From assembly GCA_963842945.1 (NCBI GenBank), contig CAWJIM010000019.1:160001-224000 (forward strand): 64,000 nt of DNA, in the 5' to 3' direction. Below the pieces are notes generated by a model, which saw nothing but the letters and a program-made list of their open reading frames with translations, did no database searches and was not told the origin of the DNA. Positions 31,654 to 42,185 of the stretch are shown here, in pieces. The stretch is from an uncultured Gemmatimonadales bacterium. GTDB lineage: Bacteria; Gemmatimonadota; Gemmatimonadetes; Gemmatimonadales; GWC2-71-9. Position 1 is the stretch's first letter. Every line of letters starts with the position of its first letter. The position numbers were made by a program, and so were the translations under genes.

Positions 31654-31714
31654 TGTGGCCGGGGAAACTAACGGGGACCGTAACTCGCAGCGAGATTATC
31701 TTGAGCTGAGAATC

Positions 31715-32902
31715 ATGACCCCTGACCCGGACCATTCCATGTCCACGCTGTCCGTCGCCACGCCTGCCCTAACGATCCTGTCCGAGGAAGAGTCGCTGTT
31801 TCGCGACGCCGTCCGCGAGTTCGCGGAGACCGAGATCCGGCCACACGTACAGGCAATGGACGAGGCGGCGCAGTTCCGGCCCGATCTGATTCCCAAGTTC
31901 TTCGAGCTGGGATTGATGGGGATCGAGGTGCCCGAGACGTTCGGCGGGAGCGGTGGAAGCATCTTCATGGCCGCCATTGCAATCGAAGAGCTGGCGCGGG
32001 TGGATGCCTCCGCCGCCATCTATGTCGATGTGCACAACACCCTGGTGAACAACGCCCTTATCCGCTGGGCCAACAGTGAACAACAGGCGCGCTACTTTCC
32101 CCGGCTCACCACCGAGCTCCTGGGAGCATTCGCGCTGTCCGAACCGGGCAGCGGCAGCGATGCCTTTGCCCTGGCCACCCGAGCGGAGAAGAAAGGGAGC
32201 GACTGGTCGCTGACCGGCCGAAAGTTCTGGATCACCAACGGCGCGGAAGCCGGGCTCTTCATCGTGTTCGCCAATGCAGACCCGTCCAAGGGATACAAGG
32301 GAATCACGGGGTTCCTGGTCGAGCGAGGCTTCCCCGGATTCTCCATCGGGAAGAAGGAAAACAAGCTGGGGATTCGGGCCTCCAGCACCACCGAGCTGAT
32401 TCTGGAGGAGTGCCAGGTTCCCGGTGAGAACGTGCTTGGCCCCGTTGGGCAGGGCTACAAGATCTCGATCGAGACTCTCAACGAGGGCCGGATCGGCATA
32501 GGCGCCCAGATGATCGGGGTGGCCCGCGGCGCGCTCGAGGCGGCAACCGGCTACGTCAAGGAGCGGCGTCAGTTCGGCAAGGCGATAGCGGAATTTCAGG
32601 CGGTGCAGTTCCAGCTGGCCCAGATGGCAACCGACCTGGAAGCGGCCCGACTGATGGTCTACAACGCGGCCCGGCTCAAGGATGCCCGCTTGCCGTTTGC
32701 CCAGCAGGCCGCGATGGCAAAGTTGTTCAGCTCCCAGGTGGCCGACCGGATCACCTCCGCCTGCCTGGAGCTCTTCGGCGGATACGGCTACTCGAAGGAA
32801 TATCCCGCAGAGAAGTACTACCGCGACGCCAAGATCGGAACGATCTACGAAGGCACCAGCAACATGCAGCTGCAGACGATCGCCAAGGCGTTGCTGAAGT
32901 AG
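31715..32902 (+). CDS. Acyl-CoA dehydrogenase (short/branched-chain type); alternative start 31739
   Basis: FALSEPGSGSD, GRKFWITNG, KLGIRAS, LNEGRIG, RRQFG, GGYGY and IYEGTSNMQ. Confidence 0.93.
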   Translation: MTPDPDHSMSTLSVATPALTILSEEESLFRDAVREFAETEIRPHVQAMDEAAQFRPDLIPKFFELGLMGIEVPETFGGSGGSIFMAAIAIEELARVDASAAIYVDVHNTLVNNALIRWANSEQQARYFPRLTTELLGAFALSEPGSGSDAFALATRAEKKGSDWSLTGRKFWITNGAEAGLFIVFANADPSKGYKGITGFLVERGFPGFSIGKKENKLGIRASSTTELILEECQVPGENVLGPVGQGYKISIETLNEGRIGIGAQMIGVARGALEAATGYVKERRQFGKAIAEFQAVQFQLAQMATDLEAARLMVYNAARLKDARLPFAQQAAMAKLFSSQVADRITSACLELFGGYGYSKEYPAEKYYRDAKIGTIYEGTSNMQLQTIAKALLK

Positions 32903-32906
32903 GCAT

Positions 32907-32942
32907 AAAAAAAGTTCGGGGGCCGCTGGTGCGCCCCCGAAC
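32907..32942. terminator. Intrinsic terminator between convergent genes (U-tract on minus strand)
   Basis: A7 then GTTCGGGGGC...GCCCCCGAAC. Confidence 0.75.
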
Positions 32943-32979
32943 CGAGACCCGCTTCCTTCGACTTCTCTACAACGATCCG

Positions 32980-33477
32980 TTACCGGTTGGTCGAGTCCCG
33001 CGACTGCTGTGATGGGTTGTAACCGGTCGTATCACCGGTCTGCGACGTCCCGGTTGAATCGAGCTGCGAACCGGAGTTCGGGTTGGAGCTCTGGTTCATG
33101 CTGGAGGTATCGGCACCGACCGCGCCCGAGGTATCCTGGCCGGTCACGCCGGTCGTGTCGGTCTGATTCTGCTGATTGGCCTGGCCGGTGGTATCCCGCT
33201 CGATCCCGGAATAGCCCGCGGTATCCTGCGGGGTGCCCTGACCCTGATTCTCGAGGAACGTATCAGATGGGGTCTGGCCGGTTGGGGCCTGCGTGGTATC
33301 GCGCTCCATGCCCGAATATCCCGGCGGGGTCTCGTTCTGCCCGTTGAGGGTATCGCGGCCAGTAGTCGTAGTGGTGTCCTTGGCGGCGGCCGACTGATCC
33401 GCCTTGTTGCCTGCGCACGCCAGGCCGGCAATCAATGCCGCGAGCGTCGCGTAGCGCGTGGGAGCATTCATTTTCAT
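32980..33477 (-). CDS. Low-complexity Thr/Gln/Asp-rich lipoprotein
   Basis: AGGAGG RBS, lipobox GLAC, and internal repeats GYSG(M/I)ERDTT and DT(T/S). Confidence 0.75.
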   Translation of the reverse strand: MKMNAPTRYATLAALIAGLACAGNKADQSAAAKDTTTTTGRDTLNGQNETPPGYSGMERDTTQAPTGQTPSDTFLENQGQGTPQDTAGYSGIERDTTGQANQQNQTDTTGVTGQDTSGAVGADTSSMNQSSNPNSGSQLDSTGTSQTGDTTGYNPSQQSRDSTNR

Positions 33478-33972
33478 TCGACCTCCTAGAGATCGCTTGC
33501 GTGAAGTCATTCGTGGGTCCCGCCATGCACTCTGCCCCACCTATTCGCCACCAGTGGGAAATCCGGACCCGAAAGGGGCGCAGTTCGCCCCAATTCTTGA
33601 GTTCCCGCTGGACAACCTTCAAGTTTTCGCGCCCGGTATCATATCCGGCCTAGGGGAGGGGGGCTGTGACCGAGGTCACGGGTAGGCTCCCCTGCGGAGG
33701 GCCACTACAGTGTTGTTACCGCACAACTGTTCTGAGGCTCCGGGGACAGTTTCTGCTGCTCCCTGGGGCCGGAAAGGCACCTTCCAGCGGGCGCAGGATT
33801 TGCCGCATACCGGCCCTGGTACGCTGCGCTGTCGCCAGGGTGGTTCTGTAACAGCCTTTGCCTCAAGCAGTTGAACTTGACTCCTAGGTGGGACCTCAGG
33901 ATAGATTCCCCCCCTTTCTGGGTCAGTTACGCACGTGCGGTGTCCTCTTTTGCCTCCTCTTCGGTGAGTTGA

Positions 33973-35540
33973 ATGGCAGGTTTGCGCGGTTCACGTCATT
34001 TCCGGTTGACACTGGTTCTAGCAGGTCTGGTCGGCTGGGCAACCGCCCTTTCGGCGCAGACCGATGCCCGCTGGCTGGGTTCGCGGATGAACGACTGGTA
34101 CGCCGAGGCGTCTCGCAGCGCTCCAGGCGACTGGGGAATTGCGGTGGCAGACCAAGGCAGGGCAGATGCTCTGGAGCTTCAATGCCGACGCGTCGCTGAT
34201 GCCCGCTTCGGCGGTGAAGCTGTTCACTACCGGGTACGCCAGAAGCGTGTTGGGGGGAAACGCTCGACGCGCAACTCGCCTGATTGGCTCCGGGGTGGTC
34301 GACCCCAAGACCGGCGAATGGCTGGGCGATTGGGCGCTCGAGGTGAATGGAGATCCCTCCCTGGAACGGGCCCAGGGCTCGGGGCCAACGCTGTTTGACC
34401 TGGCCACCCAGCTGGCGGATGCTGGTGTCCGGCGGCTCAGCGGTCCACTGCAGCTTCAGAGCGCCGATGGACCCGCGACCGCGATCTATCCCGCCGTCTG
34501 GTCCCGCCGCCACATGGGACGCCTGTTTGCTCCCCTGGTGGGACCGCTGATGGTGCACGAAAACATCGTCTGGTTCACCGTTCGGCCGGGGCGGCGCGTA
34601 GGTGAGCGGGTCAGACTGATCGAGACGGCTCCTGCGGGCATCAGCTCACTGGTGACGGTGACTGCCACCACCCGGAGCGGGCGCCGCTCCCGCCTGCGTC
34701 TGGTGCCGAGAAGGGGTGGCGGTTGGGTGGTCAGCGGCACTTTGGGCGTGCGGGCCGCGCCGCGCCGGCTCACGACCGTATCGAGCGATCCCAAGGCCGT
34801 CCTGTCCGCGGCCTGGAGCTCGGCGCTGAAGCGCGCGGGCATCACCTGGAACCGGACCAAAAGGCCAAAATCGTCGTTCGACGCGTCGCCCAGAGTGCTG
34901 GCCGAGGTGGCCTCCCCTCCGCTCGACTCGCTGGCCAGTGAGATCAACCGGCGGAGCCTCAACGCCGGGGCGGAGCTGCTGCTCCAGTGGGCTGGAGGAC
35001 GGGAAGATGGGCCTGCCCACCTGGTGGACCACGTCCAGACTATCACCGGGCAGAATCAGGGCGTCTATCTGGTGGATGGCAGTGGACTGTCCTATGAAGA
35101 CCGGGTCACCGCATCCACGTTCGTCTCCTACCTGGCAAAGTTCCCCACCACGCAGGCGGGCCGGAACTTTCCTCAGCTCCTGCCATCCAATGGCACCGGT
35201 ACCCTGCGCCAACTGAATACCGGATTCCCCGGCCTCGGGCGTGGTTCGGGCCAAGACAGGGACGCTGGGTCAGGTGTCGACCGTGGTCGGCTACCTCGGG
35301 CGGCCGGAGGGCACCCTGCTGGTGTCACTGATGTACAACGGCGGGCGTCCCGGCGCGGCTCGGCAGGAGCAGTGGAAGCTGTTCCGCCTGCTCGGCGCCG
35401 ATGGGGTGGTGATTCCGGCGGACACCAGCTCGGGCGAGCCGGTACAGCTGGGTGGGGAGCAGACGGCCCCGCCGGATTGGTGGCCGGGGTCCTCCGCCGA
35501 CTCGAGCGATAGTGGAGCCGACACGCTCGAGACCGAATAG
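33973..35540 (+). CDS. dacB: D-Ala-D-Ala carboxypeptidase/endopeptidase (S13, PBP4); apparent frameshifts ~34156 and ~35237
   Basis: Signal peptide, PASAVK (SxxK), GDPSL, RSLN (SxN), DGSGLS and AKTGTL (KTG), spread over three frames. Confidence 0.85.
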
Positions 35541-35548
35541 CGCTAGAT

Positions 35549-36136
35549 CCCGACCTGTCACTTTCAAACTCCGACCCAGCACCTTCAGACTCCGACCGGT
35601 TCAGCCTAGGCGTCGAAGCGATGAGCTTCGGACGCGACCTGTTCGATCCCAAGCGCGATCCTATCATTCCAGACTGCGTCGCTCTCAACGCCGGATGCGA
35701 AGCAAACACTTTCGACGCGATAGCAGCCACTCCAGAGCGCGACCCGTTCATTTCCGTCTGCGACCGGTGCAGCGCTGATCACGACCTGCGCGGTTCCGAC
35801 CCCGATCCGGTCAACTCGTGCGGCGAACCGGTCGCTTTCATGTGCGACCCGTCCAATTCCGGACGCAACACGTTCGATCTCAAGCGCGATCCTGCCAATT
35901 TAGGCTGCGGTTGGTTCATCAGCAGACGCGAAGCAGTCACTTACGACTCGGAACCGGCCACTCCGAAGCGCGACCTGCGCAATCCTGATCGCGACCCGAT
36001 CCTTTGTCATTGCGAGTCGGTCGACTGCCTTCTCGACCGTGACGGCTTCGAGGTCAACCCAGTCATCCTCCCACCCGAGTCTCGCCAGTTCGACCTCTAG
36101 TCGTTCACTTGCAACGTCGAAGCAACTATCTCTGGG
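35549..36136. repeat. Degenerate 21-bp tandem array, at least 28 units
   Basis: Strict 21-nt phase, with CGA at unit positions 3-5 in 21 of 28 units by manual count. The signal fades toward ~36220. Confidence 0.8.
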
Positions 36137-36249
36137 ATTGTTCCGGACGATCACAATGTCTTCCCTGACGGGATCGCAGTCGCATCGGGTTCCGGGAATT
36201 CCGAGCCTGTCGCTGAGATTCAAGCTTTGCTCAACTCGATCGTTGGTGT

Positions 36250-36277
36250 AAACAAAAGGGCCGCCAAAAGGCGGCCC
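36250..36277 (-). terminator. Intrinsic terminator of the subtilase gene
   Basis: GGGCCGCC-AAAA-GGCGGCCC preceded by an A-rich tract on the plus strand. Confidence 0.75.
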
Positions 36278-36308
36278 CTCGCTCAAGCAATTTGCTTCGA
36301 CTGTCGGC

Positions 36309-37748
36309 CTACAGACCAGCGAGAGCTTCGTCTGCCGTGGCCAGACCCGCACCGGTGGCGTCAGACCCCCAACAGATCTTGTCATCCTTTGCCGTATTGG
36401 GATTGAGCACGTCCCGGCAGCCCGCCTCTAGCGGTATCGCCGTTGTCTTGAGGACGGTTTCGGCCTCGGCCTGGTCCAGGCTGTTCTTCTGCTGGGCCAT
36501 GAGGGCCACAATGCCGGCCACATGCGGGCTGGCCATCGAGGTGCCGCCCAGGAAGAACCAGGAGAGCTGGCCCTGCTGCTCCTGGAACGGACCGACCACC
36601 CAGCTGCCCGGCGCCGCCACATCTAGCTGCTGGTCCTTGAGCTCACGGCTGGAGAAGTCGGTGATGTAGTAGTTAGCCGGGTCGGTCGGATCGGGAACGT
36701 TGCAGGCATTCCACCAGGAGCCGAAGACCACTGGTGTCGCGGCAATGCAGTTCCGCCACTCGCCGACCCAGCCCGATGCCGCCACGCTGATGACCGGCGG
36801 GTAGGCGCCGGGGTAGCCCATGCCGTCCTCACCCTGGTTGCCGGCGGATGCAACAATCATTACGCCTTGGCCGATAGCATAGTCGATCGCAGCCTTCTCC
36901 ATGGCGTCCAGCTCCGGGCCGCCCAGACTCATATTGATAACAACCGGCGAACCGTGGAGCTGGCCTTTCTTCAGGTCGCCGATGTAGGTGATGCCTTCCG
37001 CAATGACCGAGGAAAAGCCGCTGCCGGTCTGACCCAGGACCTTGACCGGGATGACCGTTGCCTTGGGAGCTACGCCATTGAGCGGCACACCCTGCAGGGT
37101 GTAACCGAGAATGGTGCTGGTGACGTGGGTGCCGTGCGAATGGACGTCTTGCTCCCACTTGTTCGGCTGTTCCGACACATTGCCCAGATCGTTGCCGCCG
37201 CCGCCGAACGACTTGGCCAAACCGGTAGCAATCCGGTCGGCCGGGAAGTAGTAGCGCCAGGTCGGGAGCAGGCCGGTGTCGAGGACCGCAACGTAGACGC
37301 CGTTGCCATCCTTCCCGATGACTCGGTCATTGTTTGCGCCGGACACGCGGTCAGTGACGTTCACCGCATCCAAGTCCCAGGTGTTCAATCCGGCGGTCGC
37401 GAAGTCATTGATCGGGAGCGTCACATCGGGCGGAATGTTCCGCTTCACGTCGAAGTTCGCCGCCGCCACATATGGCAGCGCCCGGATCGAGGAAAGCACC
37501 GACTCCTTGCCCACCAGAGTCACCGCGTTGATCTCGACAATCTGCTTCTTGATGGTGCCGAAAGTGCCGAGTTGCGTCAGCTGAGCGGGCGTAGCCGGAC
37601 CCTTGAGCACTACGTTGATGCCCTTGCTAGCCGATGAGGTTGCGGCTTCGGCGCCCGGATTCTGAGGTCCGGTGTTGGGCTCCTGTTGGTCGTTACAGGC
37701 CCCGATCGCGAGGACCGCGGCGACCCCGAGCATGATACGGCGATTCAT
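36309..37748 (-). CDS. S8 subtilisin-like serine protease, lipoprotein
   Basis: Lipobox IGAC, VAVLDTG, HGTHV, NMSLG, ASAGN and GTSMASPHVAG. Confidence 0.93.
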   Translation of the reverse strand: MNRRIMLGVAAVLAIGACNDQQEPNTGPQNPGAEAATSSASKGINVVLKGPATPAQLTQLGTFGTIKKQIVEINAVTLVGKESVLSSIRALPYVAAANFDVKRNIPPDVTLPINDFATAGLNTWDLDAVNVTDRVSGANNDRVIGKDGNGVYVAVLDTGLLPTWRYYFPADRIATGLAKSFGGGGNDLGNVSEQPNKWEQDVHSHGTHVTSTILGYTLQGVPLNGVAPKATVIPVKVLGQTGSGFSSVIAEGITYIGDLKKGQLHGSPVVINMSLGGPELDAMEKAAIDYAIGQGVMIVASAGNQGEDGMGYPGAYPPVISVAASGWVGEWRNCIAATPVVFGSWWNACNVPDPTDPANYYITDFSSRELKDQQLDVAAPGSWVVGPFQEQQGQLSWFFLGGTSMASPHVAGIVALMAQQKNSLDQAEAETVLKTTAIPLEAGCRDVLNPNTAKDDKICWGSDATGAGLATADEALAGL

Positions 37749-38190
37749 AGACGAGCTTCCCCGTGTTGGAGGTAAGGATGCAGAGTAGGTATTGAAAGGG
37801 GATGGTACGGCAGGCGGGAAGACGGACGAGTTGGGCAGCCGAGGCCGCTCGGACGGGTGAGCAGACACCACCCATTCCCGCGCATATGCGCTTGGACCGA
37901 AGAACAAACTTGGGGCTTCACGCGCAATTCTATAGCCTCGGAGCCAGGAGCTCCGCTCGAAGACACGCCGTTGTGAATTTGAAGTTCCCGCAGAATCCCG
38001 ACGAAGAAACCTACTGTCGGAACTCGGCGCCAGCTATACTACCCCCCCGTACCCCATACATGCAAGTCCGCAATTTTTCCAACCAGCATTCGGGGGGCTC
38101 AACTGGACGGCGCCGCCGGCCACCCTACTTTGGACCTTCTCTGCAAGTCCAGTGTTTACTTAGCCGTTCCCCATCGCTCCAAGGCATTCC

Positions 38191-40386
38191 ATGGCGACCC
38201 AGACCCGCCCTGTCGCTCCCAAGCCCGAGCCACCTGCGTTCAAATCCTATGTCCCTGCATCTCAGGAGCCCGCCGAGCTTACCGTCCGAGCGGTCATCCT
38301 GGGAGCCATCCTGGGCATCGTGTTCGCGGCCTCCAGCGTCTATCTCGCGCTCAAGATCGGGCTCACGGTCTCGGCCTCGATCCCGATCGCGGTGTTGGCC
38401 GTGGCCTTCTTCCGCACCCTCGGCAAGTCGACCATCCTCGAGAACAACATCGTGCAGACCACCGGCTCGGCCGGTGAGTCCATCGCGGCCGGGGTCGTTT
38501 TCACGCTCCCGGCCATTTTGTTGATGGGCTATGACCTGACCGTGAGCAAGGTGGCGGTGATCGCGGTCATCGGCGGGCTGCTCGGGGTGCTCATGATGAT
38601 CCCGCTCCGGCGCGCTCTGATCGTGAAGGAGCACGGCAATCTGCCCTACCCCGAAGGGACCGCCTGCGCCGAGGTACTCATCGCGGGAGACAAGGGCGGG
38701 CTGCAGGCCCGACTGCTCTTTCAGGCCTTCGGCCTCGCGTTCGCCTACAAGTTCCTGATGGCGGGACTGAAGTTGTGGAAGGAGTATCCCGGGCGGGTCT
38801 CCACCTTTTATAAGGGCGCCTCCATATCAGCCGAGGTCTCGCCCGAGCTGCTGGGTGTCGGCTACATCATCGGGCCCCGGATCGCCGGGTATCTGTTTGC
38901 CGGCGGCTCCCTGGCGTACCTGGTACTGATTCCGGCCATCAAGCTGTTCGGCTCCGGCCTCAATCAGCCCATCTTCGCCGAGACCAAGCTGATCCGCGAC
39001 ATGAGCCCGGGCGAAGTCAGGGCCGAGTTCGTGTTCTACATCGGCGCCGGCGCCGTGGCATCCGCCGGGATCATCGCCCTGCTGCGCGCCCTGCCCACGA
39101 TTGTCTCCGCCTTCCGTTCCGGCTTTCAGGATCTCCGGAGCAGCGTTGGCGAGATCAGCTCCCGGGTGCGGACCGACATCGACCTCCCCATCTGGGTCAC
39201 TATCGCCGGCTCGGTGGCCCTGGCGCTCCTCCTGACGATTCTGCCTCAGGTCGGCGTCAACCTGCTGGGCGCCATTCTCATCATCATCTTCGGGTTCTTC
39301 TTTGTGGTGGTCTCCTCCCGGATCACGGGCGAGATTGGCGTCAGCGCCAACCCCATCTCCGGGATGACCATTGCGGCGCTGATCGGGACTACCACCATCT
39401 TCCTCCTGATCGGATGGACTGGAGTGGACCACAGGGTGGCGGCGCTGTCTATCGCCGGCGTCATCGCCGTGGCGGCGGGCAATGCGGGCGCCACCAGCCA
39501 GGATCTCAAGACCGGCTTCCTGGTTGGCGCCACGCCCAAGCGGCAGCAGATCGCCATCATGGTTGGCGCCATCACCTCCGCCCTCGCCATCGGCTGGACT
39601 ATCACCCTCCTGAACAACACCTACACCAACGTGGTCCCCGAGCAGCACGCGGGGGTCACGCTGCAGGCGTCGCCCCCGGGAGCGGCCGACCGCTCGGTGA
39701 CCGGAATCGGCGAGCGGATGCGGCACCAGGGCAAGGAGTGGGAGGTAGTGCGGGTGAACATCCCCACCCAGGGAGTTCAGCCCGGGAAGTATCTGATCGA
39801 CCCTCAGACTCACCAGGTCGCTTATCTGGTCGATCCGGGGATCGGCGGCAGGGTCCGCGAGATCGAAGGCAAGCCGATCACCAAGCTCGACTCGCCCAAA
39901 GCCACCATCATGGCCCTGGTGACCGACGGCATCCTGACCCAGCGGCTTCCGTGGGGATTGGTGCTCATCGGGGTGTTCCTGACCTTTGCCATCGAGCTGA
40001 TGGGACTCCAGTCCTTGCCCATCGCGGTCGGCGTCTATCTCCCGATCTCGACCTCCTGCCCGATGTTCATCGGCGGGGCGGTGCGCTGGCTGGTGGAGCG
40101 GAGATCGCGCGGAGCCCAGCGCTCGCTGATGGAGGTGGAATCGGGACCGGGGGTGTTGTTCTCCAGTGGGCTCATCGCTGGCGGCGCCATCGCCGGAGTC
40201 ACCATCGCCGGCATCGCCGCACTTCTGGTGTCCCGGGCCGAAGCTGCCCAGGTCCCGGCGGCCGACTACCTGGCCCACGTGGTGGGTCTGCAACGGCTAC
40301 TGGGTGGCTTCGCTACCAGCGACCTCGCGGCGGTTCTGGTGTTCGCCGCCCTTGGCGCGGTGCTTTATCGGGTGGCTCGCCGCTAG
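38191..40386 (+). CDS. OPT-family oligopeptide transporter
   Basis: YLALKIGLTVSASIP, ILENN, LPYPEGTACAEVL, NPISG and QDLKTG. Confidence 0.93.
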   Translation: MATQTRPVAPKPEPPAFKSYVPASQEPAELTVRAVILGAILGIVFAASSVYLALKIGLTVSASIPIAVLAVAFFRTLGKSTILENNIVQTTGSAGESIAAGVVFTLPAILLMGYDLTVSKVAVIAVIGGLLGVLMMIPLRRALIVKEHGNLPYPEGTACAEVLIAGDKGGLQARLLFQAFGLAFAYKFLMAGLKLWKEYPGRVSTFYKGASISAEVSPELLGVGYIIGPRIAGYLFAGGSLAYLVLIPAIKLFGSGLNQPIFAETKLIRDMSPGEVRAEFVFYIGAGAVASAGIIALLRALPTIVSAFRSGFQDLRSSVGEISSRVRTDIDLPIWVTIAGSVALALLLTILPQVGVNLLGAILIIIFGFFFVVVSSRITGEIGVSANPISGMTIAALIGTTTIFLLIGWTGVDHRVAALSIAGVIAVAAGNAGATSQDLKTGFLVGATPKRQQIAIMVGAITSALAIGWTITLLNNTYTNVVPEQHAGVTLQASPPGAADRSVTGIGERMRHQGKEWEVVRVNIPTQGVQPGKYLIDPQTHQVAYLVDPGIGGRVREIEGKPITKLDSPKATIMALVTDGILTQRLPWGLVLIGVFLTFAIELMGLQSLPIAVGVYLPISTSCPMFIGGAVRWLVERRSRGAQRSLMEVESGPGVLFSSGLIAGGAIAGVTIAGIAALLVSRAEAAQVPAADYLAHVVGLQRLLGGFATSDLAAVLVFAALGAVLYRVARR

Positions 40387-40812
40387 ATGCCGCCCGGAGC
40401 CCCCGTCTCCCCCGCAATCAGCGCCCGGATAATTCATGCTGCGTTGATGCTCGGTGTGATGTTGTTCTTTGGGGTTGCCTGGTACGTGGGCTCGATGGCG
40501 TCCATGCCGATCTCGGCGGTACCCGACCGGCGCGTGCTCTATCTGGGCCTCTTCTTCATCAGCGCGGTGCTCTTCGGTGCCGCCGTGTACTCTGCCGGAC
40601 GGCTCACCAGCTCCAGCGCAGGCCTGTCGCAGGACGAATGGTGGCGGGCCAACCTGGGCCGGGCCGTTGTGATCTGGGCCTTGACCGAAACACCCACGCT
40701 CCTGGGAACGGTGGCGTATCTGCTGACCCACGATTTTCGCACCCTCATCGCCACCTTCACCGGCCTCCTTCTATTCGTGAACTACCGACCCAGCCGGCTG
40801 GCAGAGGCGTGA
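40387..40812 (+). CDS. Hypothetical membrane protein
   Basis: Four hydrophobic segments; abuts both neighbours. Confidence 0.7.
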   Translation: MPPGAPVSPAISARIIHAALMLGVMLFFGVAWYVGSMASMPISAVPDRRVLYLGLFFISAVLFGAAVYSAGRLTSSSAGLSQDEWWRANLGRAVVIWALTETPTLLGTVAYLLTHDFRTLIATFTGLLLFVNYRPSRLAEA

Positions 40813-41706
40813 GTGCGAGTCGTTAGCCTGTTGCCGGCGGCCACCGAGATTGTGGCCGCCCTGGGAGATCGGAGCCTGCTGGTCGGGATCTCCCACGAGT
40901 GTGATTACCCGGCCTCGGTCCTCCACCTTCCCCGAGTTACCACCACCCCGATCGATATCGACGCCCCCGGGGCCGCCATCGACGCGGAGGTCCGGCGGCT
41001 GAGCCAGGACGGACAGCCGGTCATCGCCGTTGACGAGCGGGCGCTCCGGCGGCTGGCTCCCGATCTGATCATCACTCAGGATCTCTGTCAGATCTGCGCG
41101 GTCAGCGACGGCCAGGTTCACCGCCTCGCGGCCAGCTTACAGCCCGAACCGCAGGTGCTGTCCCTCAGCGCACAGAATCTGGCAGGCGTGTGGCAGGACA
41201 TCCGGGCCATCGGAGCAGCCCTGCAGCTGAGTGACGAGGCGGAGGAGCTGGTTCTCGGGCTCCAAAACCGGCTCCGCAGGCTGGCCGCGGAACGTTCGGC
41301 CCATTCTCCCCGGGTGCTCTGCATCGAGTGGCTCGATCCCCTTTATCTGGCGGGACACTGGGTCCCCGAGCTGGTTGCGATCGCTGGAGGATTGGATGTC
41401 GGCGCAGCTCCGGGCAACCGTTCGGTCCGAGCCGCGTGGCCCGACGTGAGTGCGCTGGAGCCGGATTGCCTCCTGATCATGCTCTGTGGCTTCGACCTCG
41501 AACGGAGTCGGGCGGAGCTGGAGCAGCTGAATCAGCCGGAGGCGTTGGAGTTGTTCTCCCGGGTCCCGACCTGGATCATGGACGGCAACGCCCACACCTC
41601 GCGACCCGGTCCAAGGTTGGTGGATGGCGCCAGAAGGATGCGGTCGGCCTTCGACGGCCGGACCATGGCAAGTCTCGAGCGGTGGGCCACAGCCGGAGCA
41701 TGCTGA
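40813..41706 (+). CDS. BtuF-like cobalamin/iron-chelate binding protein (no signal peptide)
   Basis: RVVSLLPAATEIV, GISHECDYP, PDLIITQDLCQICAV, EWLDP..GHWVPE and SRPGPRL. Confidence 0.8.
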   Translation: MRVVSLLPAATEIVAALGDRSLLVGISHECDYPASVLHLPRVTTTPIDIDAPGAAIDAEVRRLSQDGQPVIAVDERALRRLAPDLIITQDLCQICAVSDGQVHRLAASLQPEPQVLSLSAQNLAGVWQDIRAIGAALQLSDEAEELVLGLQNRLRRLAAERSAHSPRVLCIEWLDPLYLAGHWVPELVAIAGGLDVGAAPGNRSVRAAWPDVSALEPDCLLIMLCGFDLERSRAELEQLNQPEALELFSRVPTWIMDGNAHTSRPGPRLVDGARRMRSAFDGRTMASLERWATAGAC

Positions 41707-42185
41707 CCATTGCCCAGGCCCATGGTGCCGCCGACATTCTTCTGGCCCGCGATCTGTTTGAGGAATATGCCGGCTCGCTCGACGTGGACCTGTGCTTTCA
41801 GGATTTCGCATCGGAGCTGGCGGGATTGCCGGGCCAGTACGCCCCTCCTCGCGGAGAGCTCCTGCTTGCGTCCTGGGATCATAGGCCGGCGGGTTGCGTC
41901 GCATTGCGGCCGCTCGACGAGGCTGCCTGTGAGATGAAGCGGCTGTACGTTCGGCCCGAGTTCCGGGCACACGGGATTGGCCGAGCCTTGATTCAACGCA
42001 TTATCGAAGTTGCCCGCAAAGCGGATTACCGGTACATGCGTCTGGACAGTCTTCCTTCAATGAAGAGCGCTCTCACTCTCTACCGGCAGCTCGGCTTCCA
42101 CGAGATTCCGCCCTACCGGAACAATCCAGTAGCCGGAACCGTCTACCTGGAACTGCCCCTCAACGGTCGGTCACGTGAATCCTGA
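41700..42185 (+). CDS. GNAT-family acetyltransferase
   Basis: DLCFQDF..LPGQYAPP, CEMKRLYVRPEFRAHGIG and LYRQLGF. Confidence 0.88.
   Translation: MLTIAQAHGAADILLARDLFEEYAGSLDVDLCFQDFASELAGLPGQYAPPRGELLLASWDHRPAGCVALRPLDEAACEMKRLYVRPEFRAHGIGRALIQRIIEVARKADYRYMRLDSLPSMKSALTLYRQLGFHEIPPYRNNPVAGTVYLELPLNGRSRES

Noticed and set aside
32980..33477. Repeated GYSGxERDTT motifs as RiPP precursor cores
   Set aside because: The protein has a lipobox and no modifying enzymes nearby, so it is more likely a disordered lipoprotein.
35549..36136. 21-bp array as a CRISPR array
   Set aside because: There is no conserved 23-50-bp repeat, no spacer structure and no cas genes.
37922..37938. Possible sigma-54 site (AGGCTATAGAATTGC, minus strand) upstream of the subtilase
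   Set aside because: The -24 element is a poor match and a sigma-70-like alternative exists near 38035-38065. Too ambiguous to call.
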